A stretch of 64,000 bases of DNA from an uncultured Dehalococcoidia bacterium (lineage in GTDB: Bacteria; Chloroflexota; Dehalococcoidia; Lucifugimonadales; UBA1123). Positions 1 through 9,510 of the stretch are shown in pieces. The position numbers were made by a program, and so were the translations under genes. Numbering within the stretch: the first letter of the stretch is position 1; each line of letters opens with the position of its first letter. Location of the stretch: positions 21,497-85,496 of the forward strand of contig CAZXFX010000005.1 of the NCBI GenBank assembly GCA_964640295.1, in the 5' to 3' direction. The notes below the pieces were generated by a model. That model was not told where the DNA came from and ran no database searches. It saw nothing but the letters and a program-made list of their open reading frames with translations.

Positions 1-1
1 G

Positions 2-772
2 AAGACGTTCCTGGGGCACACAGGCAATTTCAATGGCGAGGACATCGTTGACATCATAGTGCAGCAGCCCGCCACCGCGCGGTTCATATCCCGTCATCTC
101 TACAACTTCTTCGTCGAGGACGAAGTGCAGGTGCCGTCCTGGAATACAGAGCCGCCAAAGGACGAAGCCGCCATTCAGCAACTGGCGGATGCGTTCATGA
201 GGACAGGCGGACAGATTCGTCCGGTTCTGAGGGAACTGTTCAACTCCGACTTCTTTAAGAACGCCACAGGCTTCAAGAAGGTGAAGAGCCCGACCGAACT
301 GATCGCGGGCGTGCTGAAGCAGACGGGCGAGTTCAGCGAGCCATCGCCAGGAATTCACCAGTTCGCCATTACTACGCTCAACGGCTCGCTCATCGAAGGC
401 CCCATGTCCATAATGGGACAGCGGCTGATGAATCCGCCCACAGTCGAGGGCTGGCACACCGGTCATGAGTGGATAGACTCTGGCACTCTCAGCGAGCGCA
501 TCGGCTTCGTGGAGAGCCAGTTCCAGGATATTTCCAAGCCGGGCGTCAGCGATATGGTGGAGCGAGTTGGAAGCCTGGACGATGACCCGTCCCAGATAGT
601 CAATCGCTGCCTGGATATTCTGGGAGGCATAACTGTCAGCGAAAGCACTTACGCTTCCTTGGTCGCCTACGCCGAAGAATTGAACTCGTTGGGCGGAGAT
701 GAAGACGACGCGGTTGGCGTCCACAATCTTCTTCAGATGACAGCCTCCACCGTTGACTATCAATTCGAGTAA
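2..772 (+). CDS. DUF1800 family protein, C-terminal part (5' end lies upstream of the window)
   Basis: The frame is open from nt 2. KTFLGHTGNFNGEDIVDIIVQQPATARFISRHLYNFF... parallels the two complete DUF1800 paralogs in this window (19071-20501, 23509-24906). A DUF1501 gene, the usual partner, follows 33 nt later. Confidence 0.85.
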   Translation, partial: KTFLGHTGNFNGEDIVDIIVQQPATARFISRHLYNFFVEDEVQVPSWNTEPPKDEAAIQQLADAFMRTGGQIRPVLRELFNSDFFKNATGFKKVKSPTELIAGVLKQTGEFSEPSPGIHQFAITTLNGSLIEGPMSIMGQRLMNPPTVEGWHTGHEWIDSGTLSERIGFVESQFQDISKPGVSDMVERVGSLDDDPSQIVNRCLDILGGITVSESTYASLVAYAEELNSLGGDEDDAVGVHNLLQMTASTVDYQFE

Positions 773-805
773 CCTGACTGAATTACCACGCATACGGGGG
801 AAAAT

Positions 806-1942
806 ATGACCACCAAGAGCAAGGAAAAGACGCTGGTAGTCGTGCAGCTTACCGGCGGCAATGACTTCATGAACACCATAGTGCCATATACCAATGAGCA
901 TTACTACGACGCGCGCAAGAAGGTGGTGATGAGCCAGGAGGACGTCCTCCCCATCAATGACGAGCTTGCGATAAACGCCAACGCAGCGCCTTTCAAGCGT
1001 CTCTACGACGAGGGGAAGATGGCGATCGTGCAGGGCATAGGCTATCCGAACTCCAACCGCTCTCACTTTCGCGGCATGGATATTTGGCATACCGCCGAGC
1101 CGGACCGGGTGGGCAACGAGGGCTGGCTCGGACAAGCCATCAGGGAACTGGACCCGAACGCCGAAAACGTGCTGACCGGGGTGAACGTCGGAATGGGACT
1201 GCCCCGCGCCATGTCGGTTACGGGCGTTCCGGTTACGTCGGTCGGCGACCTCGAAGGCTACGGCGTAATGAACAGCATCGAGCAGCGGCGGCTACGCGAA
1301 AGCGCGCTTGAGACGTTCAAGGGGATATACGGCCAGGCTATCGGCGCCGGCCCTGTCGCCGAGTATATCGGACAGACTGGACTGGACGTGATCAAGGGAG
1401 CGGATCTGCTGGCGGACGTAGCCGACCGCTACGAGTCGGAAATCGAGTACGCGGACAACACAATCGCCAAGAATATGCGCGACATCGCCAGAATCCATCT
1501 GGCCGATCTTGGAACCCGCATCTTCTACACCGCTCACGGCGGGTATGATACCCACGCCAATGAAATGCCCTCGCACCCCAAGCTGATGAATGAACTGTCT
1601 GGCGCTATCTCTGACTTCCTCGACGATTTGAACGCGCATGACGCGGCTGACGACGTAACCGTCTTCGTGTTCACGGAGTTCGGTCGGCGTATGCGAGACA
1701 ATGGCAGCGGAACCGACCACGGATCCGGCGGCGGCGCGTACATCTTCGGGAATGACGTGATTGGAGGCCTGTACAGCGAGTATCCGTCGCTGCATCCCTC
1801 AGACTGGGAACACGGCGAAGACCTGAAGCACACCATAGACTTCAGGGGCATCTACGCGACGCTTCTCGAACAGATTCTGGAAGTGGAGGCCAGGCCAATC
1901 GTAAAGGGCGAGTACGAGCAGATTTCTCCGTTCGCCAATTAG
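806..1942 (+). CDS. DUF1501 (sulfatase-like) family protein
   Basis: 378-aa ORF with family-typical motifs VVVQLTGGNDFMNT, HGGYDTHANE and TEFGRRMRDNGSGTDHGSGG. Lies directly after a DUF1800 gene. Confidence 0.9.
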   Translation: MTTKSKEKTLVVVQLTGGNDFMNTIVPYTNEHYYDARKKVVMSQEDVLPINDELAINANAAPFKRLYDEGKMAIVQGIGYPNSNRSHFRGMDIWHTAEPDRVGNEGWLGQAIRELDPNAENVLTGVNVGMGLPRAMSVTGVPVTSVGDLEGYGVMNSIEQRRLRESALETFKGIYGQAIGAGPVAEYIGQTGLDVIKGADLLADVADRYESEIEYADNTIAKNMRDIARIHLADLGTRIFYTAHGGYDTHANEMPSHPKLMNELSGAISDFLDDLNAHDAADDVTVFVFTEFGRRMRDNGSGTDHGSGGGAYIFGNDVIGGLYSEYPSLHPSDWEHGEDLKHTIDFRGIYATLLEQILEVEARPIVKGEYEQISPFAN

Positions 1943-1969
1943 ACGCAGACAGGATTCAGGAGAAATACG

Positions 1970-3001
1970 ATGAGCAGACCTTACGGATTGCTGAGAGCCG
2001 GCTACCCGTATCTGAAGACGCTGGGAATGAGAAGGGTGATCGGATTTCCTACCGACATAGCTTTCTCGGGGGATGGCAACACCTATATTCTGATGCGCTC
2101 TGAGGGCGGAGCCAGCATAAGGGTGTGGCCTTTGGAGGATATGCCTGAGTTCACGTCTGACATGAAGGGCATCGGAGGCCCGGGAACAGGAGACGGCCAG
2201 TTCGTCTGGCCCGTTCAGATAATCACCGACGATGAAGGCTATATCTACGTTAGCGATGAAGCTACCCACAGAATAACCAAGTTCGACCCGGATGGTGAGT
2301 TCGTCTTGAAGTGGGGCGTTCACGGCAGCGGCGAAGGCGAATTCGACAGGCCCAACGGGATAGGATTCGACCCTGACGGCAACATGGTGGTGGTTGACTC
2401 GGAGAATAGCCGCGTCCAGCGATATACGGCGGATGGCCAGTACCTGGGTGGCTTTGGAGGCGTTCAGGGCGACGCGCCCGGCGAGTTCAACCTGCCCTGG
2501 GGCGTCCACGTGGACGAGTTCGGCGATATATATGTCGCCGACTGGGGCAATGACAGGGTGCAGGCGTTCGACTCCGGCGGCGAACTCAAGATGGTGATTG
2601 GCAAGAAAGGGTCGGGCGACGGCGAATTCGACCGACCAACCGGCGTCGCCGTTGACGCACACGGCGACATATATGTCTCGGACTGGGGCAACAATAGGGC
2701 GCTGATGTTCAACGCGGAAGGCAAGTATGTCTGGAGCTTTGCCGGCGACGCCTCCCTTTCCAGGGTGGCGCGCAGCTATATGATGACCAACGCGATGTCC
2801 AACCGCCTGAGAGAGATGGGGCGCCTGGAAGATGAGAAATACCTGCGCCGTCCCAGGTCGGTCAGGATAGACGACGAGTTCCGCCTGTTCATCCCAGACT
2901 ACGAATCCTATCGCATACAGATATATCAGAAGGACGCGATAGAGCTGGACCGCACTCAGTTCTCCGCGCCGCTCAGGAACGTGACGCTGGAAGTCACATA
3001 G
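1970..3001 (+). CDS. NHL-repeat beta-propeller protein
   Basis: 343 aa with about six repeats of the pattern GxGxGEFxxPxGvavDxxGxiYVaDxxNxRvq. No N-terminal signal peptide is visible. Confidence 0.9.
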   Translation: MSRPYGLLRAGYPYLKTLGMRRVIGFPTDIAFSGDGNTYILMRSEGGASIRVWPLEDMPEFTSDMKGIGGPGTGDGQFVWPVQIITDDEGYIYVSDEATHRITKFDPDGEFVLKWGVHGSGEGEFDRPNGIGFDPDGNMVVVDSENSRVQRYTADGQYLGGFGGVQGDAPGEFNLPWGVHVDEFGDIYVADWGNDRVQAFDSGGELKMVIGKKGSGDGEFDRPTGVAVDAHGDIYVSDWGNNRALMFNAEGKYVWSFAGDASLSRVARSYMMTNAMSNRLREMGRLEDEKYLRRPRSVRIDDEFRLFIPDYESYRIQIYQKDAIELDRTQFSAPLRNVTLEVT

Positions 3002-3035
3002 CCCGAAACCGGACCCAAATCCATCGCTTCTTCAC

Positions 3036-3080
3036 CTGTGGCAGGCGGTCAGCATTGATTCGCCTGCCACAGCTTTCTTT
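3036..3080 (+). terminator. Rho-independent terminator after the NHL gene
   Basis: Perfect 12-bp stem ctgtggcaggcg (3036-3047) / cgcctgccacag (3061-3072) with a 13-nt loop, followed by ctttctttg. Confidence 0.75.
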
Positions 3081-3118
3081 GAGAATGCCAATATCCGGTT
3101 GAACCCAGGAGATTCAAA

Positions 3119-4207
3119 ATGTTCGAGAGTCTGCGGATACGAAACTACCGCGCTTTCAGCGACCTCGAAATAAGCGATCTGGCGCGGATAAACCTGATTG
3201 GCGGCAAGAACAACTCTGGCAAGACGAGCTTGCTGGAGGCGATATTTCTGCTTGCCAGCGGTGGAAACGCGAATGCGCTGATGAATGTGAACGTGATTCG
3301 TGAACTTGTCGCTGAGCCTGCGTCCACTCGGCAAGCGGCGGACGTACTTTGGAAGCCGATTTTTCACAATATGGATATGGGCGTTCCCATAAAAATCGAA
3401 GGACGCCATTCTGAACGCGGTTCGCTTTCTCTAAAGATTTCTGCGGAGCGAGCGTTGACCGCCTCGTTTCCCATTGAAAAATCGGCCATCAAGGGGCAGG
3501 ATGTGGCTTCTATGGATGATGTGGCCAGCGAGCGCGCTCTCAAAGTTCTATATTCCAACAACGGAGAAACGCGAGGTGGGGGGCATATAGTCCTGAAGGG
3601 ACGTGAGTACGAAGTAAAGCAAGACGATCTTGACGTTCCCTTGGCCCTGACTATTCTCAAGCCGAGAAGCGGATATCTGGAAGATGACGCTATACGATTG
3701 GGGAGATTGCGACAGCAGAAGCGTGGCGACCTTCTTCTGAACGCGCTTCGCATAATAGAGCCACGCTTGCAAAGTGTCGAGGATAATTCTGCGAGCGGCG
3801 CGCCTATGATATGGGGAGACGTTGGCCTGTCCGAGTTAGTTCCCCTGGCGGTCATGGGAGAGGGCATGACTAAACTGACGCGCCTAATTCTCGCCATAGC
3901 CAATTCGCCCGGAGGAGCGACGCTTGTGGATGAAGTGGAAAACGGGATTCACCACTCGGTCATGTCCAAAGTGTGGAAGGCGATAGCCGCCGCCGCCAAG
4001 CGGTTCGATACCCAGATATTCGCCACTACGCACAGCTATGAGTGTATTGAGAAGGCGCATGAGGGGCTTGGATCAGAGGGGTTCCTATTCCACAGGGTGA
4101 CGACTAGGAGCGTAGCCGATCATACGCCAATTACACCGGTCCGGTTCACTACTTATACACCTGATATGATCGAAACGGCTATGCGTCATTATATGGAGAT
4201 TCGTTAA
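3119..4207 (+). CDS. ABC/SMC-type AAA ATPase (AAA_15/AAA_21-like, OLD-family ATPase module)
   Basis: Walker A GGKNNSGKTS near the N-terminus, signature-like MGEGMTKLTRL, Walker B ATLVDEVENGIH and H-loop FATTHS. AGGAG RBS 7 nt upstream. Confidence 0.85.
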   Translation: MFESLRIRNYRAFSDLEISDLARINLIGGKNNSGKTSLLEAIFLLASGGNANALMNVNVIRELVAEPASTRQAADVLWKPIFHNMDMGVPIKIEGRHSERGSLSLKISAERALTASFPIEKSAIKGQDVASMDDVASERALKVLYSNNGETRGGGHIVLKGREYEVKQDDLDVPLALTILKPRSGYLEDDAIRLGRLRQQKRGDLLLNALRIIEPRLQSVEDNSASGAPMIWGDVGLSELVPLAVMGEGMTKLTRLILAIANSPGGATLVDEVENGIHHSVMSKVWKAIAAAAKRFDTQIFATTHSYECIEKAHEGLGSEGFLFHRVTTRSVADHTPITPVRFTTYTPDMIETAMRHYMEIR

Positions 4208-4209
4208 GA

Positions 4210-4821
4210 ATGCCTGTCCCCGCTCCAATCGTGTCAAATGTGCAGTTGCTAGTAGAAGGGAATGACCAGAGGAACTTCTTTGGAGCTCTTGCAAGGCACA
4301 TATCAATCGAAAGCATACAAATTCAGAATTTTGGAGGCGTAGATGAACTTAGAGGCTTTCTGGAAACACTGGCGGCCTCTGACGAGTTCAAGGATGGGGT
4401 ACAGAGCCTTGGCATTGTTCGAGACGCGGAAGAATCCGCTCGCTCGGCGTTCCAGAGCGTTCAGTCTTCGCTCAGAAATGCAGGATTGTTCGTTCCAGGG
4501 CGCCCCAGAGAGCGGGCGGGCGACTCGCCTGCGGTGAATGTACTGATATTGCCGGACGATGACAGGCAGGGAATGTTGGAAACACTATTGTGTGAAACTT
4601 TAGCGAACACCCCGATAAACGACTGCATTGACGACTTTCTCGATTGCGCCCGCGCGCTGCCGAACGCAGATATTCAACGACCGGATAAGTCGCGCGCCCA
4701 TGCCTATATCGCAACTCGGCCTGAACCGCAGTTCTCGGTCGGTTACGCGGCAATGAGGGATTACTGGGACCTTGACCATGACGCCCTGAGGAACGCCAGA
4801 CGCTTTCTTCTATCTCTGTGA
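4210..4821 (+). CDS. Toprim-like (DUF4435/DUF3226/DUF4276-like) small protein, partner of the ATPase
   Basis: Starts 2 nt after the ATPase stop. N-terminal LLVEGNDQRNFF (the VEG..D motif typical of OLD/AriB/RloB-type Toprim), then IVRDAEE and ILPDDDRQG acidic clusters. Domain call is from motif recall only. Confidence 0.6.
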   Translation: MPVPAPIVSNVQLLVEGNDQRNFFGALARHISIESIQIQNFGGVDELRGFLETLAASDEFKDGVQSLGIVRDAEESARSAFQSVQSSLRNAGLFVPGRPRERAGDSPAVNVLILPDDDRQGMLETLLCETLANTPINDCIDDFLDCARALPNADIQRPDKSRAHAYIATRPEPQFSVGYAAMRDYWDLDHDALRNARRFLLSL

Positions 4822-4833
4822 AAGAACGGGGAG

Positions 4834-6099
4834 ATGTTTACCATGACTTTGACCGACGCGCGATGTCCAGCGCTGTCCAAGATACGCATTTGCGACTTCA
4901 CAGGCCAACTCGCGGGGGCGGGCGCAACGAAGATGTTGGCCATGTTCGGAGCGCAGGTCATTCGAGTCGAGGACAGACTTAGACAGGGGCAGTGGGACAT
5001 CTTCCGCGGCAATGGTCCCTGGCCTGATGAGCGCAGAGGCATAAACTTGGGAGGAACTTTCAACAACCACAACGTCGAGAAGATGGGCGTCACTCTGGAT
5101 ATGCGAAAGCCTGAAGCGAGCGATATTCTGCGCGAACTCATCTCGGTGAGCGACGTCGTGACCGAAAACTTCAGCAAGGGCGTGCTGGACAGATGGGGCT
5201 TCTCTTACAACGAAATGGTCAAGATAAAGCCAGACATCATATACGTCTCCAATAGCGGGTTCGGTCATTCGGGCCCTTACTCCGAATACAAGACCTGGGG
5301 GCCAATCGTGCAGGCCGTCTCCGGGCTGACGTTCCAGTCGGGGCTGGCCGGAATGCCTCCCGCCGGCTGGGGTTATTCTTACATGGATCACACCGGCGGC
5401 TACCAAATGGCGATAGCCATTCTGATGGCGGTTTATCACCGCTATCGCACAGGCGTCGGTCAGTGGGTGGATATGTCCTGCTCGGACGGCGCGGCGGCGC
5501 TCAACGGCCCAGCCATTCTCGACTATACAGTGAACGGCGTTCCCGCGCGCCGGCCAGGCAACCCGGACAGCAACCGAAGCGCCTATCCCAAAATGGCGCC
5601 GCACGGCATATACAGGTGCGCGGGCGACGACCAGTGGGCGGCTGTCGCCGTCAGAGACCGCGACGACTGGACAGCGATGCGCGAGGTCATGGGCTTTTCC
5701 GACCTTGCCGCAGACGCATCTCTCGATTCGGTTGAGGGCCGGATGAAGCGACACGACGAACTCGATGAGAGAATCACGGCGTGGACAGCCTCTCGAACGC
5801 CAATGGAAGTGATGAAGTCGCTCCAGAACAGGGGCGTTCCCGCAGCAGCCGTTCAGCGTCCAGAAGACCGAATCGAGCATGACCCGAACACCGCCGCATG
5901 GGGGCTTTTCCCGACCGTCGAACACAAGGCGATAGGCAGGATCCGAGTGGACGGCACGGCGGTCAAAATGTCGGAGACGCCGGCGGTCATCGAAAGGGGC
6001 GCGCCGACTCTTGGACAGCACAACGAAGAGGTGTTCGGCGACATACTGGGAATGCATCCCGATAGCGTTCGCGCTCTGTCAGAATCGGGGGTGATCTGA
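4834..6099 (+). CDS. Class III CoA-transferase (CaiB/BaiF family)
   Basis: 421 aa. N-terminal IRICDFTGQLAGAGATKMLAMFGAQVIRVE and overall length are typical of the family. Confidence 0.9.
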   Translation: MFTMTLTDARCPALSKIRICDFTGQLAGAGATKMLAMFGAQVIRVEDRLRQGQWDIFRGNGPWPDERRGINLGGTFNNHNVEKMGVTLDMRKPEASDILRELISVSDVVTENFSKGVLDRWGFSYNEMVKIKPDIIYVSNSGFGHSGPYSEYKTWGPIVQAVSGLTFQSGLAGMPPAGWGYSYMDHTGGYQMAIAILMAVYHRYRTGVGQWVDMSCSDGAAALNGPAILDYTVNGVPARRPGNPDSNRSAYPKMAPHGIYRCAGDDQWAAVAVRDRDDWTAMREVMGFSDLAADASLDSVEGRMKRHDELDERITAWTASRTPMEVMKSLQNRGVPAAAVQRPEDRIEHDPNTAAWGLFPTVEHKAIGRIRVDGTAVKMSETPAVIERGAPTLGQHNEEVFGDILGMHPDSVRALSESGVI

Positions 6100-6100
6100 A

Positions 6101-7375
6101 ATGAAAGGCGAAAAAGACTTGGGAAACAGCGCTCTCGAAGATGTTCGCGTACTGGAAGTGGGCGGCGAATTGGGCGCGTGGTGCGGCAAACTGCTCGCCG
6201 ATATGGGAGCCGACGTGATCAAGGTGGAACCGCCCGGCGGCGACCCGACTCGCGGCTACGAACCGTTCTACCAAAACGAACGGGGCGCTGATAGAAGTCT
6301 CTTCTTCTGGCACTACAATACCAGCAAGCGCGGCGTAACTCTCGACATAGACAAGGAGAGCGGGCGGCGTGTATTCCAGGATATGGCCGCCCGCGCCGAC
6401 GTTGTAGTGGACAGCCATCCTCCGGGGCGCCTATCCTCGCTCGGCTTGGGATACGACAATCTAAGCCGCGCCAACTCCGCCCTCGTCATGGCCTCCATCA
6501 CCCCATTCGGACAGGATGGCCCGTACAGCGACTACGCGAGTACGGACCTCACCGCCCTGGCGTTCGGGGGGCCTGCATGGAGTTGCGGCTACGACGACCA
6601 CGACATACCGCCTGTGCGCGGCGGAGGCAATCAGTCGCATCACACTGTCGGACATTATGCGGTCATGGGAATCATGACCGCTCTGGTGCATCGTCAGTTC
6701 ACCGGCGTGGGCCAGTATATTGACGTCAATATGCACGCCGCGCTGAACATCACGACCGAGGCCGCCACGTATAGCTGGCTGGTCGCGGGAGACACTGTGC
6801 AGAGACAAACGGGACGGCACGCCTCCGTCATACCCACTCCACAGGCACAGGTTCTTTGCAAGGACGGACGCTACGTGAACGTGGGCATTGGAGCTCGAAC
6901 TGAGGAGCAGTGGTTCCATCTGCTGGCGTGGATGGAAGAAGAGGGACTCATCGAGAATCTGGGCGACTACCTGAGCTACCCAAGCCGCGAGGCAATGAGG
7001 CGAGGCGACCCAGACGCCATGGCGCAGCAGCGTCGTGTAGCCGATACGCTCCGCCAGATGGCGGCGAAGACCGACTCCTACGATCTGTTCACGCGGGCGC
7101 AGAAACTGGGATTTCAATGGGGCATCATAAATTCGCCTGAGGATGTTCTGAACGACCCGCACTTCAAGGCGCGCGGATTTCCGGTCGAGGTCGAGCATCC
7201 CGAACTTGGGAAAAGCTTTGTATATCCCGGCGCGCCCTACAAGTTCTCGGAATCCCCTTGGCGCGTCTCGTCAAGAGCGCCAAGGCTCGGTGAACACAAC
7301 GAAGATGTGTATATCGAAGAACTGGGCATGACCGGCGACCAGTTAAACGCGCTCAGGAACGAAGGCGCAATCTAG
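6101..7375 (+). CDS. Class III CoA-transferase (CaiB/BaiF family), paralog
   Basis: 424 aa with VRVLEVGGELGAWCGKLLADMGADVIKVEPPGGD. Starts 1 nt after the previous stop. Confidence 0.9.
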   Translation: MKGEKDLGNSALEDVRVLEVGGELGAWCGKLLADMGADVIKVEPPGGDPTRGYEPFYQNERGADRSLFFWHYNTSKRGVTLDIDKESGRRVFQDMAARADVVVDSHPPGRLSSLGLGYDNLSRANSALVMASITPFGQDGPYSDYASTDLTALAFGGPAWSCGYDDHDIPPVRGGGNQSHHTVGHYAVMGIMTALVHRQFTGVGQYIDVNMHAALNITTEAATYSWLVAGDTVQRQTGRHASVIPTPQAQVLCKDGRYVNVGIGARTEEQWFHLLAWMEEEGLIENLGDYLSYPSREAMRRGDPDAMAQQRRVADTLRQMAAKTDSYDLFTRAQKLGFQWGIINSPEDVLNDPHFKARGFPVEVEHPELGKSFVYPGAPYKFSESPWRVSSRAPRLGEHNEDVYIEELGMTGDQLNALRNEGAI

Positions 7376-7422
7376 CTCTCTCGAATCCATATAGACACTC
7401 GGCGACAGCGCCGCGCTTGGGG

Positions 7423-9510
7423 TCACAGAACCTCGGACAGTTGCAGACTTTCAAGTTCCTCTACTGGAATATGGCAGTTGATCGAGTGACTTTCGCCGCC
7501 CGGACCCTGCTGCTGGGGAGGCGGTTCGGTATCGCAGATGTCGCCTATCTTTCGCGGGCATCTGCCGGCGAAGAAGCATCCTTTGAAGGCCGACCGCAGC
7601 GTCGGCACGGACCCTTCCAGCCGTATGTGAGTAGGTTCGGCGTCGGGGTCTGGAACGGGCGCCGCTGATAGAAGCGCTTCCGTGTACGGATGCGACGGGG
7701 ACGACAGCACCGCTTTGGACGGTCCGTATTCGGCTACGTGCCCCGCGTACAGCACCAGAATATCGTCCGATACATAGCGAACTACGCCCAGATCGTGAGT
7801 TATGAAGACGTATGCGTTGCCCGTTTCGCGCTGACGCTGTTCCAGCAGATTCAGTACCTGCGCCTGAACCGAGACATCCAGAGCGGATACCGCCTCGTCC
7901 GCCACCACCAGGTCCGGGTTTGCCGCGAACGCGCTGGCGAGCGCGACTCTCTGCTGCTGTCCGCCGCTCAGCTCGGAGGGCAGCCTGTCGAGATACATAG
8001 GGTCTAGCCCAACGGCGGTCATCAACTCCTCAGAGCGTTCTCGGATGTCTCTCTGTCTAACGCCCGCGAATTTTCTGAGCGCGCGATTTATGGCGTGCTT
8101 GATGGGCAGTTTGGGATTCAGAGACGCGGTCGGGTTCTGGAACACCATTCGCATAGCCGAACGCTGCTCCTCCGTGCGGTCTTCCACATCGCCTTCCAGT
8201 TGCTGACCGCGCAGTTGCAGGACGCCTCGATCCTTGGATTCGAGTCCCACAATCGCGCGAGCGGCGGTGCTCTTGCCCGAACCGCTCTCCCCAACTATGC
8301 CCAGCGTGCGCCCTCCGTCAACGCTCATATCCACGTCCACAAGCGCTCGAACCGGGGGTCTGACAGGCGGACCGAACAGAATATACTTCTTGCGACCGCC
8401 CCCGTAGAATTTGCGCAGGTCTTTGGCGAAGAGGGCGGGGGTGGCTGTTTCCGATTGGGACTTGGCGACACGTTCATGCAGATCGCCCCAGATGCTGTCA
8501 TCAACTTCATCGTGATAGAAGCATCGCGCTATATGTCCGTTGGAGCCTATGCTTGTCAAAGACGGGGAAGAGCCAACGCACGTTTCATTGGATATGGGAC
8601 AGCGCGGAGCGAACAGGCACGAATTTGTCTGTTCCATCTGCGCGTCGAAGACCGAACCGGGTATGTTTCGGAGCTGACGCTCTACGCCATCGTCGTCCGG
8701 AGGCTGCGGCACGCATGACAGCAAGCCGGCGGTATATGGATGGCTCGGGTTCTTGAAGAGATCGTGCGCGGGCGCCTCTTCCACTATCTCGCCCGCGTAC
8801 ATCACCGCCACCCTGTCCGCCACCCTGGCGATGACCCCCAGATTGTGGCTCACGAACAGGATTCCCGCGTTCACCCTGTCCTTGAGCTCTACTATCAAGT
8901 CCAGAATAGTCGCTTCAGTGGTAACGTCCAAGCCAGTCGTAGGCTCGTCCATGATTAGCAGGTGAGGGTCGCAGGCGAGCGCCATCGCTATCACGACGCG
9001 CTGCTGCATTCCTCCGCTTAGCTGGTGAGGGTAGCGTCGGCCTATCCGTTCGGGATCCGCCAGCCCCACGTTCTCGAAGAGTTCCACGACGCGGCGCTGG
9101 GCTGCCTCTACGTCCATGTCCATGTGCAGTTTCAGCGCTTCTTCTATCTGTGGACCGACTCTCATAGAGGGATTGAGCGAGGTCAGCGGGTCTTGATAGA
9201 CCATGGCTATTCGGTTGCCTCTTAGTTCGCGCAGGTCAGAGTCGCTGAAATCGGATATGTCCGTTCCTTCAAATCGAATCGAGCCCTCCACCTGAGCGGA
9301 GTCGGGAAGATACTTCATCATTGCGAAAGCGACTGTGGACTTGCCGCAGCCGGATTCGCCTACCAGCCCCAGCGTTTCGCCGCGAGCGATTTCCAGCGAC
9401 GCGTCTCGCACCGCGCGGAAAGCGCCTCTGGGCGTATGAAACGTGACCGCCAGGTTTTCGAGTTGAATAAGAGGCGCGTCCGGGTTGTGTCCGTTGTTCA
9501 TCATCGTCAC
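7423..9510 (-). CDS. Fused double ATP-binding subunit of a peptide/nickel-type ABC importer (DppD-DppF fusion)
   Basis: 695 aa with two full NBDs: GESGCGKST ... LSGGMQQR ... LIMDEPTTGLD, and GESGSGKST ... LSGGQQQR ... VVADEAVSALD. Both have the oligopeptide C-terminal extension. Confidence 0.92.
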   Translation of the reverse strand: MTMMNNGHNPDAPLIQLENLAVTFHTPRGAFRAVRDASLEIARGETLGLVGESGCGKSTVAFAMMKYLPDSAQVEGSIRFEGTDISDFSDSDLRELRGNRIAMVYQDPLTSLNPSMRVGPQIEEALKLHMDMDVEAAQRRVVELFENVGLADPERIGRRYPHQLSGGMQQRVVIAMALACDPHLLIMDEPTTGLDVTTEATILDLIVELKDRVNAGILFVSHNLGVIARVADRVAVMYAGEIVEEAPAHDLFKNPSHPYTAGLLSCVPQPPDDDGVERQLRNIPGSVFDAQMEQTNSCLFAPRCPISNETCVGSSPSLTSIGSNGHIARCFYHDEVDDSIWGDLHERVAKSQSETATPALFAKDLRKFYGGGRKKYILFGPPVRPPVRALVDVDMSVDGGRTLGIVGESGSGKSTAARAIVGLESKDRGVLQLRGQQLEGDVEDRTEEQRSAMRMVFQNPTASLNPKLPIKHAINRALRKFAGVRQRDIRERSEELMTAVGLDPMYLDRLPSELSGGQQQRVALASAFAANPDLVVADEAVSALDVSVQAQVLNLLEQRQRETGNAYVFITHDLGVVRYVSDDILVLYAGHVAEYGPSKAVLSSPSHPYTEALLSAAPVPDPDAEPTHIRLEGSVPTLRSAFKGCFFAGRCPRKIGDICDTEPPPQQQGPGGESHSINCHIPVEELESLQLSEVL

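Noticed and set aside
4810-6057. 415-aa minus-strand ORF covering the whole first CoA-transferase gene
   Set aside because: Antisense shadow ORF typical of GC-rich coding DNA. The translation is Arg/His/Val-rich with no motifs, whereas the plus-strand product is a clear CaiB/BaiF protein.
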